Shown in pieces: positions 52,661-64,000 of a DNA stretch of 64,000 bases. The notes under the pieces are model-generated. The model was not told where the DNA came from. It made no database searches and saw nothing but the letters and a program-made list of their open reading frames with translations. A program made the position numbers and the translations under genes. The DNA is from Marsupella aquatica. Taxonomy: Eukaryota > Plantae > Marchantiophyta. Position 1 is the stretch's first letter. Every line of letters begins with the position of its first letter. The DNA is taken from NCBI GenBank assembly GCA_973895155.1, contig OZ316894.1:18514805-18578804 (forward strand), given 5' to 3'.

Positions 52661-54591
52661 GGTGTCGAGAGTGTTGCATTGCTGCTTTCTAAAACGGGAG
52701 CTGCTAGCTTGCTGAAACGGGAGGTGGCTACTGCAGGGAGTGTTGCGATATCTCAAACCGGAGTGCCAGGATTGGAGCTGCATTGCTGCGTTGCTCAATC
52801 GGGAGGTAGGCGCTGCCTACTTTGACGATCGTACTTGCTTGCTTGCTACTATTTGACGCCCAAATCTATCACGCATGGCACACCTAGAGTCGATCTGGTA
52901 GCGGTCATAGACGAGGAAGCACCTGATCTGCCCGTTTAGCTTTTCAACTATAAAATTCCTGTTCTGAGCTCCGTGAATGGCGATAAGCTCTTTGAGTATT
53001 TTGTCCTCCAGAGCTCGCCATGCCCTCGCAGATAAGGTTTGGAGCCACTGCTGAGATCCAGCTCCAACTTCCCAGCCGAATACTAGCTCAGTATTGTCGT
53101 CATTTGTCTCGACGTTGTCCATACTCATCTCTCCTTCTGTGTCCGCATCGACGACTTGACGCACATGTTTTTTGGATGCATCGTTAGAGTAACCGCGAGT
53201 ACAGGTCTCCAATGATTGCACTTGCCATGATTGACCACCTTACATGATCTCCATCCATGGGCTGGACCCCAGGAAAAAAATCATGTAACTTGACTTCTGT
53301 CGTCCCCCACACACCCGCACAAATCTGGTTCTCTATTACATGCCTTGGTGTCCCGTTGGCTGGTTCCTGCAATTTTCTTTAAGTCATCTAGAAGAGAAGA
53401 CTTCTTTAAGTGTTTACTCAGCCAGGGGGGACCACAGCCTCCAGCCATACTGGGTGGCGGGCCTGGTCAAGACGTGGATGACGCTCGTGCTTGATTTTAA
53501 ATTCTCTTTTGTTTCTCAAGCTTCTGGGCAAGGGCATTACCATTCTGGATTCTGAACTTGATCCTATTCAGGTTAGCTATTCAGGTCTGTTGAGCGATTG
53601 GGTTATTATTTTATTGCTGTAGTAACATGCATGGCCAATTGGTTGTCTTCATGTAATGGGAAGTTTTTGAAACTTAGAAATTGAATGGTGGTTTCAATTT
53701 TGTTCACAGGTTGCAAAAGGAATTGTAGAGGTTGTCATCAGCGCTTGCAGCAGTGAGCACCAACACTTGCGGTGAAGCAGTTTGCTAGAACACATAGTGT
53801 ACCTAGTGAATTGTAAGTTGCCTGTCATTGCACGTCTAATCGTCTGGCCATTCACCGAGTATAAAAAAATAGTGCCATGGCTATATTGGGCATTACATTA
53901 GAAGCGAATTATGAGAAGCTCCTTCTGCAGCATCCAGATGAATGTTGCTGGTGTGAACCTTGTGTCAAGTGCAGGGTTGGTGATGGGAATTTTGAATGGT
54001 TCCATTGCTTCTGCTTGAAAATGCGTGGAAGGCTTGTTACTAGGACATACATGGGAAAGCATGGCAAAGTTGTCACACGTCGTTGGAAGTGCTCTTGTAT
54101 AAGGCCAACCATTTGGCCTCAAAATGAGTGTCTTTTACGCAAGATTGTCATCCCGGACACGCTTGACATTGTAGTCCCTGATAGTATTCCACATTCAACT
54201 GAGCTTGATATTGTAGCCCCAGATAGTATATCAGATCAAGCTAAGGTTACAACCCATGGATGCTTGACATTGTAGTCCTTGATAGTACATGGATGCGTTG
54301 TTCATATATGACTAGGCCTTTGTTTGCAAGGCTGCAATTGTACCATCCATGATATATGAGAATATTTTTCATTCCCATTATGTGGCAAAGTTTTGCAAGC
54401 TGGCATTGTATTTATGTATGTCTTGGTTGGTGGGTGTTCAGGTTGCACTGTGTAGTTGACTTCATCTGGGAGGGAGGTTTGCAGATCATTGGAGCAGGTG
54501 CTATGATTAACCTTATCTTTGTCTATGGATTGCTCACTATCATCATGTCCCCCTCATATGTGATGTGCTTTGTGATGATTGCAGTTGAACC

Positions 54592-55266
54592 ATGCCGACA
54601 AGGACTTCAAACATAAAGAAAGCAACACAGTCCTCTGACAGAGGAGCCTCTTTGGAAGAGGTATTGCGTATTCCGTTGTTCTCTGAGCAAGAGATTCTAC
54701 AAACTAGCCCTCATGTTTGTGCAATTTGTGAGCATGGTGGGAAGTTGGTAATTTGTGATGGGCCATGTCACAGGCAATTTCATTATGTGGTTGGAGATGA
54801 AGCCCCTAATGACTCTTGCCCCTGTGTAGTCCTTCCCCTCCATCATGGAGGGAAGCCATGGTTTTGCCCAAATTGTAACCAGGACCAGGCCATGTGTTAT
54901 GGGTGCCGCACTGTGGGACCGTCACCTACAATTGTGCGAAAATGCTCTGATCGTTTTTGTGTACGATTTTATTGCTTTGGGTGTTTGGTAGCTGATGCAA
55001 AGTCCTGCCCACTGCATACATGTGTGACATGTTATCAGAGTCTTGAGGGTCAGATGGTCAAGAACATGGTACAATGTCTACGATGTCCAAATGCCTGGCA
55101 TACAGATTGTCTCCAGATGATCAAAAGCAAAGGGTTCGCTCATGATAGGGACATCTGGGACCATGAAGCACATGGACAACAGCGACAGATGTTTTATTGC
55201 CCCCGTCATCCTATTGATCCACACCTCAAGACTCCAATCAGGGACCACATTTCATGGCTCCAATGA
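54592..55266 (+). CDS. EDM2/NSD-like tandem PHD-finger protein (cargo)
   Basis: CAICEHGGKLVICDGPCHRQFH...CPNC...CYGC...C...C..FY...CPLHTCVTC...CLRCPNAWHTDC...FYCPRHPIDPHLKTPIRDHI. The last motif matches the EDM2-type HxIDxxLxTPxRDHI. Confidence 0.8.
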   Translation: MPTRTSNIKKATQSSDRGASLEEVLRIPLFSEQEILQTSPHVCAICEHGGKLVICDGPCHRQFHYVVGDEAPNDSCPCVVLPLHHGGKPWFCPNCNQDQAMCYGCRTVGPSPTIVRKCSDRFCVRFYCFGCLVADAKSCPLHTCVTCYQSLEGQMVKNMVQCLRCPNAWHTDCLQMIKSKGFAHDRDIWDHEAHGQQRQMFYCPRHPIDPHLKTPIRDHISWLQ

Positions 55267-55761
55267 TCTGAATAATGAACAAACCTATTACTTAGGTTTC
55301 AACGTCTTAGTGGGGTATGAGCAAGGCACATACTTAAGGTGCATCATGGGTGGTAGTACCCAATTTTATTAGTGTTGACATTTTGTCATAATTAAGGTCA
55401 CTAATAGTGCTGCATTTTGATGAGCAGAAGCACTAAACTTCGGGAATTGTTAGAAAAGCAGGCGAAAAGGATATTTTGTCCAAAGATATTTTATCCAACT
55501 TTAGCGGTATATCATGATTTTCACTGAATACATTTGCATGTATGATGGATTGCATTATAAAGTGTTTTGGCCTATTAGCACTTCTATTGTTAAATGTATG
55601 CTGACATTATGTACATTACATGAGAATGTGTATGTTGTCATTGCATCTCTTGAAGATCCTAATGTGTTTCCCTTGTGTGTATTTCAAATGTATTTGTGCA
55701 GGTCTTTCTGTTATCAACTCCAAAAGCAATGGTGCTATGCATGTTCTAGATTTGTATTGCA

Positions 55762-58700
55762 ATGGCAGCCCCTAAACCCAACTCTGTTAAATTAATACGC
55801 AAAGTTGGGGATGACAAGGCTGATTTACCAATTTGTGTTTTGTCATTCAAAGAAGGACACACCCTACATGATTTTAGGGCTCGTATTGCCTCTACTCTAG
55901 ACTTTGACTTTGATTTTTGGGATGAGAGACTTCCTGGTCGAGTGAAACTTGTACATGAGAAATTAATTGATCTGTCTGAGCTGGATGGAAGAGTTATTGT
56001 TGTACAACAAGAACTTGGAGATGGTGGGAGGATCCCACCAGTACCCTGTCATCCTTGCACTCCTGCATCATTGGGTCCAAATACTGGGACACCACAACTG
56101 GGGCCAACGGCACTAGCACCCTCCCCTGTAAGGGCTTCTTTTGAGTCACAATTGATGGGAGATGTCCCATCAAAGCTATGGAAAGATGAGTGGATGAGGT
56201 TAGAGAAATGGGTACATAAGAAGGGTTATGGTGATCACAATTGGAGAATTCGTACCTGGGATGAGGGGACAGATGTTCGAGGGCATCTGGAGTGTCTTGA
56301 ATGTAGGGAAACTTATGGCAATGCAGACAACTCTCAGAACCCTAAATCCATCTCCAATTGCTTTAGTAATTTTAAGACCAAACACTTGGTCTTCAATAAG
56401 CACAAGGATAACTATTGTCGGAGAAGGGGCATTCCTTCTACTTTGGTTCAGGTAGCAGACATCTCTGAGAAGCCAGAATATGATCATGCAGACGCCATCA
56501 AAGTAGGTGTTGAGATAGTTCAACGATTGAATGCTGAGCTTGGGGATGATGGCAAACTATTCTCTATTGTTCCTGATCCCAGTACTCCTGAGTATGTAAA
56601 CAGGTCTTTCCTGTTTAAGGTTCGATGTACTGTCTGTGGAATGCTTCACACTGACTTGTGCCCCAAGAAGCTTACCTTGGAGCCCAATTTGAGGACACAC
56701 TTAGTGAGTCGAGATCACTTGGATGCATTGGAGACTAGGCATGACACAAAAATGCTTGCCTTGAGGTCTGGGAAGAGGGGCAGGCCAAAGAGGACTGATT
56801 CTAGGGACCTACATCCTGGTCAGAGCGGGATTTTGAAGTTCTTTAAAGATGATGGGTCCCGGACAGGCAGCAGTTCAGGTTCAGGTTCAGGTGTGTGTGA
56901 ATCTGTTGATCTTGGTCTGAGTTTGCTTTGCTGGGGATTATGGGTAGAGAGAGGTGTGCCTCGACTGTTATGGAAGGGTATATCTTATGATATTTCTGGC
57001 ATTTTAGATGATCAGTCTGGGGGAATTACATGGCATTGTGAGCCAAGTTGTTGCTTGGATGTTTTCCATCCAAGTAGAGAGAGTGTTGTGAGTATAGCAG
57101 GCTGTTTTAGACACAAGGATTGCTTGAGGTTATCACAGAATGGAGGAGGATTTGAAAATCTAACTTGTAGTGAATGTGATTCTATAACACTAGAAGATGA
57201 TTTTCGTGGACGGGTGCACAGGGAAGCGGAAGCAGTAGTCCACAGAGGGAGCCGAACCACTGCTGGTGGTATACGTTTGGATTATTTGACCAACACAGAG
57301 TTAAGAGATCAAGTGCACAACCTGAACTCTGTGCGACGAAAAGAGCGTTGGTTGTTAGCTTTGCAGGCTCAGAAAGTATGTGCCTTGAGCACCAGGAAAC
57401 GAAAACTAGAGGAGTTGTTAGGAGTTGCAGCAGACAGGAAGGATTTGAGATTGTTTCTTAGGAGTATTTTGAATGGACACAGGAATGGTGCATTTGGTGG
57501 TAAGGAGGGTTTGTGGGATTTCTTGAAGGATGTAGCTCGCAATTTAGGCAGGAAGCCAAAAGGTAATCGTTACAGTAATAGGACTCGAGCTATTGCTCAG
57601 GCTATGTTCCAATTTGGGGGCCGTCAAGTTGCTCATTGTTTTGCACGAAACTTGACAGCCCCTAGCCTTGTGACCCTAAAACGTGATAGAGCAAAACTCA
57701 CACCTTTTCGAACCGGGTTACGGAAGGAAACCTTTCAGGAGATTGCTAGAGTGTTGTCTGCTGCAAAGCACTCATTGGGCATTGAGGGGGATGTGCCTGT
57801 TATCTTTGCTGAGGATGAAACAAGGATCAAAGAACGCCCTAGGTAATTGGAACTGGACATTTTTCCAATTGTTTTTTTAATGACTTTACAAGTAGCACTT
57901 GGCTGGAATTGCTGTGATATTGAAAAATTGCATGTCTGTGTTTCAGGTGGGAGGCAAAGTATGATACTCTCATTGGTTTCTGTGGACCTTCAGAGCAGCA
58001 TGTATGCTCCTATGGTTTGGAAATTCTAGTTGGTGAAGGTGATGAGGGGTATGATAAAATTGTAAGTACATTTGAACAATGCCCCAAGTGCATGTATGCC
58101 CGAGTTGTGATTGTGAATCCTCTGCATGAGTCCTTACCTAAATTGGCTGTGTGTGCACTTCCAACTTGTAATAAGTTCACAGCTTCTTGGGTACGAGAGC
58201 ATTGGGTCCAGTTAAAGGCTTTTTGGGATGAATATTGTAGAGCTATGGTAGGCCCTTTGCTTGGACATGCTAGTGATGGTGATGCACGTCGCCGAAAGCT
58301 GATGCTGGAAGATTACAGAGGGCAGAATGGATCATACCCAAGGTACGGAGTTGGGTGGGAAGGGTGGACATACTCTGTTTCAATTCTACCAAATGGAGAT
58401 TTGTATGGCTTTGGTGACCAAGACCAACCTCATAATGGGAAAAAGATGATAAACCCCTTAGACAGAGTGTCTTCTTTACTGGTGCTAGGAGATCAACATG
58501 CATCTTTATCTTATGTAGCTAATGTCTACAATCATTATCCAATTCATGAACATGGCATGGCTTGGGATGATGTGAATAGGACTGACCGGCAGAATTGGGC
58601 AGGTCCACAACGAATAGCAGCAAGAAGAGTGCAGCAATGTCTGAAAGATATGTATGAGAGGAGAGATGTACAACATGAACGAAGTTTAGGAACTCAGTTG

Positions 58701-60338
58701 TACTTGGAGATTTGTGCAGATTACTTAGATATTTTCTTTTCTCCAGTTCATGATTTGAGGTCCCGTATTGTGTTAGCATCCAAGGTTTCATTCTTTCTAC
58801 GTTTGTGGAGATTGTGGTTGAGGTTTGGTGACCATTCAGTGGGTGGGAACTTTGCAGCACACACTGAGAAAGACATGATGTCTATTCAGGCTTTTCATGA
58901 TGTTAACATGTCATGTCATTTCATTGTGCTGTTAATTTGTGCCTTTCGAGATAAGTTCCCACATCTAGGTGTTCCCTTCCACTTGCTAGGTTCAGATTGT
59001 TGTGAGATTTTCTTCAGCAAGGTAGGAGGCATGAGTGGCCATGAGCGGAATTATGATTTTGGCTCTCTATTGGATAGTGCTGTTGGACTGAACCGGCTTG
59101 CTGCCCTAGAATATGGACCAGAAGGCTTGAAGATAGGTCGTTCACATAAGAAACAAGATCATGTATGGGGGAAGATTCATCCTATAGGGGAAGGGGAGGA
59201 AGCACCAAATCTACTTGACTATTCTCTCATTGAGACTAATGAATTAGTGGTTGCAGCCCTTAAAGAAGGTTTTGTTGCTGCTAAGGATCTTATGCATCAA
59301 TTGCAGATGTCTCCACGAAGTTCCTTACCAGCAGCTAGAAAGAGATGGTGGACATGTCCTTGGGTTGTGGAAAGTGAGACCTGGCCACTAGAGGTGGTTC
59401 TGAAGGAAGCAATTGTTTGCAATGATTCTGAGGAGCAAGTAGAGCACCAACCACCAGACATAGGTCCTCGCCCAACTGGAGATTTTCATGAATTGGAAGA
59501 TCCTGAGGATGATCTGAATAGAATAGATGCATGGTTAACAGAACCAGATCCCATTGTTGTTCCTGAGATGCATTCAGATGATGTACACAGAGATGATATA
59601 CAGTTTGATGTAGACCCCTCAGATGAGCTTGAGACATTAGGTCATGAAGTTCGGCATGTGTTTGGATCAGTTGTCCATGCTGTAACTAATGTACAGAATC
59701 GTACCAAGGTAGTGCCTACTGTTACTTATGAAGGCAAGGTGATTTACAAATCCACTCTGGTAAGCCAGTTGGTAGGAAATCCGCATTTGTCAAAAGATAG
59801 GCTGACAAGGGTGAAACAAGTGCTATACTATAGTACTGGCAAGAGAAAAGTGCAAGAAGTCAATCCTAACTCATGTTTTGTTGATGTTGGCACTGATTGT
59901 GCAATTGCATTTGAGTCTGATGATAGTCCTGCTCCAAGTACTAGATCTGGAAAAAGAAAGGGAGGAAAGAATAAGGTTGTGGTGGAGGCAATCTCAGCAG
60001 GTAAGAAATATTTTTGGTTGGGTCGGATTGTCCAAATGAGACAGAAGTATGGCAGTAGGTGGGGCAATTGTCGGTCACCAATTGATTTGATGGATAGGCC
60101 AACTCCACTTGCAGGGCAATCAGGTAACATTTGTGAACTGTTGTTAAATTGGTATAGTCCTATTGGTAAGAGCAAAAGTGAATTCAGATATGATACCACT
60201 GATTTGAAATGGATGGATATTGAAATGGTCATTGCTAGTGTTAGTTTAACCATGAAAGAAGGGGTTATGGATCGTATCTATGTGTTGGATCCAATAGATA
60301 GACGTGCTTTGGATCAGTATCTTCAAACAATGGTATGA
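55762..60338 (+). CDS. P-element-like transposase, two exons (55762-57842, 57947-60338), ~1490 aa, apparently intact
   Basis: IFAEDETRIK (D), GHASDGDARRR (D), DQPHNGKKMIN (DxxH), GSDCCEIFFS (E); N-terminal C2H2-like fingers and AT-hook KRGRPK. Spliced frame has no stops. Confidence 0.78.
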
Positions 60339-60350
60339 ATATCATGTTAC

Positions 60351-60430
60351 TGTTTAGTTTTTGAGAGTCTGTATATATGTTTTATTTTGTTGTTTAGTTT
60401 TTGAGAGTCTGTATATATGTTTTATTTTGT
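60351..60430 (+). repeat. Perfect 40-bp tandem duplication in the transposase 3' UTR
   Basis: tgtttagtttttgagagtctgtatatatgttttattttgt x2. Confidence 0.9.
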
Positions 60431-61026
60431 TAATATTAGTGGGTGTAGTGGGATAGGATAGGGGGTGACGGATTGGCAACTTGAGATCCTTTCTCAATTA
60501 GGGGTTCAATTCCCCTCCGTCACATGTTACATCTCTCAACATAAGTTTTAAATGGAGTATGGATGGAGCATGGGATTGGTGATCAATGGGTGGAATGGAT
60601 TATTTATGTTGTGACCTTAAAGGCCATCCCACTTATGCACGTAAGGTTTATATTGGGATGACCTTTTAGGTACACAATATAAATGATGCATTGAAATGAT
60701 CAAAGTTTAAGGTCGACAAAGGTGCAAGAACTGTTGCAGGGCGTGCCATGTCTGACATACGACTTCACAAGGTACTGACATAGACTTATCTTTTCTTTCT
60801 AGGCATTTTATATTGATATGTGACACTTTACTTCACAAATTATAGGGGCAATACAATTTGGATTTTAGACTCTTAGAAGAAAGAAAGAGGGAGGAAAAAA
60901 AATTTTCAACTTAATAAGTATGGGGGTCTAGGCATGAAAACGTCGCAGGTGATGGGGGGGTCCTCCATATAGTGAGACCCCCGAGCATAAATCAAATAAT
61001 AATACACTTTTAATGAATAGGCTGAT

Positions 61027-63427
61027 CTAGGATTGACAGCGGATGGCATCAGCCCATTTGCACTAGCAGGTAAGGCCCAACCATATTCACTATGGCCAGT
61101 GGTCCTTACTAATTACAACATCCCTCCATGGATGTCCATGACGAAGGGTCATTTGCTCTTTTCCATGATTATCCCTGGTCCTAAGCAAGTGAAAAAAATT
61201 GATGTGTACTTGCAACCATTGATTGAGGAGCTACAAAAGCTTTGGAGGGGTGTGGATTGCTATGATGGTCGAGTGCAAACGGGGGGCTTACGTCAAGAAT
61301 TTAAGTTGAAGGCCATTCTTATGTGGACCATACATGATCTTCCAGGTATGAATCTTTGTTAAATTATCCCTTCCCATAGCTAGGCAACCGTACCTAGCAT
61401 ACTTTGTTATGTATTGAGTTAGCTAGGAGCACATATATCTTTTAATAAACTTATTTACTTATGCATGGGATATATATTTATATGCAGGGTTTGGATATAT
61501 TTATGGCCTGACCACATCAGGATATCGAGCTTGCCCAACTTGTGGACCTGATTTGGAAGGAATAGCGCGGCCAAAGTCAAAGACCTTGAGGAAGATAGTG
61601 TATATTGGTCACACCAAGTACCTCCCTCCAGACCATGATTGGAGGAGAGACCCCTTTTTATATGACACTGAGGATGGCAACCAGACAGACGACCACAACC
61701 TATTCCAAAAGATCCTGCATATTGGAAAGAGGTATGGGAGAGAGTATCTAATCCAGATGACCCATTGCAGTATGCCCGGTGTGGCATGACTTGTTTGTCT
61801 GCATTGTCACAACTGCCTTATTGGGCTGAGATGCCATTTAACCATTTATTTGACCCTATGCACATTGAGGGAAATGTTGGGAGGTCCTTGATTCGCCACC
61901 TATACGGAGAGAAAGACAACAACTGGAGAGAGAGTTGTGAAGAGATGGGGATGCATGGCCCTCATGGTTTTTGGCCATCTATGGATCCCGATAATGCCCC
62001 CCTCACTATTCATCCTCCTTGGGTTTTGACACGAGGTGAGCGGACTGAGTTTCGCAAATGCATAGGGTCTATGCGATTTCCTACAGGGTATGGTGCCAAT
62101 CTTCACAAGGCATTTGGTGGACTTGACTCTCCAAAATGGCCAGCTTTCTTGAAGACCCATGATTATCATCGCTTATTGCAACATGTTATTCCAGTTGCTA
62201 TTATTGGATTGGGTAGTGAGGATCTTCATGATGCCCTTTGGTCGTTGGGTAAGTTGTTGAGATGGGTGTGTCAAAAAGAGGTGAACGAGGATGAGGTTGC
62301 AGCAATGGAGGTGTTTGGAGTGGAGGTTGTGTGCAAACTTGAAAGGGCCCTTCCTCCTTCATTTTTTGATGGTCAGGTTCATTTTCTACTACATCTAGTG
62401 CATGAGGTTGGTATTGCAGGCCCTGTACATTGTCGTTGGATGTCCTACTGGGTAGAGCGGTACATGGGAGTGATGAAGTCCTATGTTTCAAATCACGCAA
62501 GGGTGGAAGGTAGCATTGTTGAGCGTCATCTTGCATGTTTTATTGTACAAATATTATTGCTACACTTGATTCAAATGCTCCAAGGGGGTGGATAGATGAG
62601 GCATCAAGAGAAGCAGACTATGAGGATGACCGTTTGACAGGTGCAAAGGGAGAACGGCTTCTTGACCCTAGTGAGCGCACTAAACTCACTGCATTCATGT
62701 TGTATAACTCTCCAAAGATTGTTGGGGAGTGGACCCATTTTATGAGGAGGATAAGCACAATAGTCGACGACCACACTTATTTCCCAAATTCCACATGTAC
62801 ATGAAGGGGAAGTTGTTAGAAGTGGATGCCTTGGTGGCTGCTGGGGAGAGTGTATCACACTTCCCAATGGTGACTGATAAGTTGCGCACCTTGGTTCATG
62901 GACCTCTACTTACAAATACAACCAGGACTGCCATGTGGTCCAAGGGGAGACACTTTCGTGTGGAACGACTTGATGACAAGAGGGCAGCTACACAAGATTG
63001 TGGGGTGATGGGTTGGTTCACCCAGGATTCTGTAAGTAGCAGATCTGACACAAATCCCATTCGTTCTACTATAGCTCACTATGGAAAGATAGAGGAGATC
63101 CTTGTTGTAAAATACCATGCGCATACAACATTGGAAGAGGTGGTGCTGAAGTGCAAATGGTTTTGGATGAATCTTGTTGGCCACAATCGGACATGTGAAG
63201 AGGATGCTTGCGGCTTCACATGACTGAAGACGGCTGTCATCAGCTCAAATTGGAGGGCCTCAGATCCTTTTGCATTTCCTCATAATCTTGAGCAGGCATT
63301 CTATCTCCCTTATCCAGATGATCCTGAGTGTTCCATTGTAATGCCTTACATTCCTCGATCCCGATCCATAGTCCAAGAACAGCCAAATGTAGTTGTTGTG
63401 GAAGATTTGGAAAATGAGAACAACTAG
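61027..63427 (+). pseudogene. CACTA-A TnpD transposase, 3' part
   Basis: LGLTADGISPF, YSLWPVVLTNYNIPPW, IDVYLQPLIEEL, TIHDLPG, DPMHIEGN, LKTHDYH, FFDGQVH, YGKIEEI, DPFAFP. Intron ~61346-61487; frameshifts and stops. Confidence 0.92.
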
Positions 63428-64000
63428 CTACTTAGGAATTTCATGGTAAAAGCTAGGTAGCTAGCACTAGCTAGCCCTAATTAATGACCACTTCCCTCCA
63501 TGTATTGATTTTTTTGGTATATATATGTTATCTACATTGTCATTACCATTTTTTTGTTGCATGTTACTTTACTTATATATATACCACTTAAATCTCTAGG
63601 CTCTAGCTGTGGCTATATATTTGTGCTTTAAATATATATGAAATGAAAGCTTCCAATTCATTTCAAGTTGACCCTAGTTGAGTTCCCACATACTTCAAAT
63701 GGAAATGGAGTCAAAAACCTATCAGAAATACAACATGCCTTAATTAGAAGCTAGGAAGATGATAAAACCCTCAAAAAACCCCGGCTCTACTGAAAACCAA
63801 TATTTCCAATATTCAAAGAAACGGAACTCATGTGCCATACTACAAGTATCGGGAAACTTTGCCATTTTTACCACATCGAAACCAACGTCCGTTTGTAATG
63901 GTTTCGAACAAAAGTTGGAACACATTTCCGATTCCACAAATATCGGAAACTTTTCATCCCTCAGTTCATCGGAACCAACATGCGATATTTTCTTTATCGG

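Larger units (their letters stand above)
51294..60985 (+). mobile_element. P-element/THAP9-like DNA transposon, 9692 bp
   Basis: 15-bp TIRs ctcgggggtctcact (51294-51308) / agtgagacccccgag (60971-60985); 8-bp TSD cataaatc (51286-51293 / 60986-60993); P-like transposase inside. Confidence 0.88.
30378..61026. mobile_element. Element G: 30.6-kb TIR DNA transposon (Sola-like transposase, ParB gene, FCP1-like gene) with two nested elements
   Basis: Perfect 26-bp TIRs atcagcctattcattaaaagtgtatt (30378-30403 / 61001-61026); CTAG at 30374-30377 and 61027-61030. Excision restores cgc cta gga ttg = R-L-G-L of TnpD. Confidence 0.93.
12866..64000. mobile_element. Outer CACTA/En-Spm element A (termini not located), host of the Copia, the LINE and the 30.6-kb element
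   Basis: Divergent TnpA-like (-) and TnpD (+) genes. TnpD frame rejoins exactly across the 30378-61026 insertion. ATCGG-type short repeats at ~14270-14390 and ~63850-64000. Confidence 0.6.

Noticed and set aside
51810-52798. ORFs over the minisatellite; likewise 46131-46770 and 51109-51354
   Set aside because: Translations of tandem repeats with no domain signal.

Overview
Eukaryotic heterochromatin-like DNA (GT-AG introns; most likely a non-seed land plant, inferred from the TE lineages) made almost entirely of nested transposable elements. No ordinary host gene, RNA gene or CRISPR array is seen. Reconstruction from TIRs, TSDs and split reading frames: (1) 1-~8.1 kb is part of a DNA transposon pairing a ParB-domain/beta-class N6A/N4C DNA methyltransferase gene with a Sola-like (DGMDQ..QLDN..GHTH) transposase, dotted with 16-bp palindromes. 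(2) ~8.1-12.8 kb holds LTR-retrotransposon remnants. (3) An old CACTA element (~12.9 kb to beyond the window end) carries a SET-domain exon. Three elements inserted into it: a Bianca-type Copia (15635-20147, identical LTRs, no integrase), a full-length LINE (21240-28391, 17-bp TSD) and a 30.6-kb TIR element (30378-61026, perfect 26-bp TIRs, CTAG TSD) that splits the CACTA transposase at HVRL|GLTADG. (4) The 30.6-kb element is a second member of the ParB(-MTase) + Sola-like transposase family (~11 kb core, with an FCP1-like domain and an array of 25-bp palindromes). It hosts a second CACTA (with an adjacent BRCT ORF) and an apparently intact 9.7-kb P-element-like transposon (15-bp TIRs, 8-bp TSD) carrying an EDM2-like triple PHD cassette. 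Best candidate for a new system: a TIR-transposon family with its own ParB-methyltransferase and parS-like palindromes, amid several transposons carrying chromatin writer or reader domains. All domain calls are from motif recognition by eye, not database searches.
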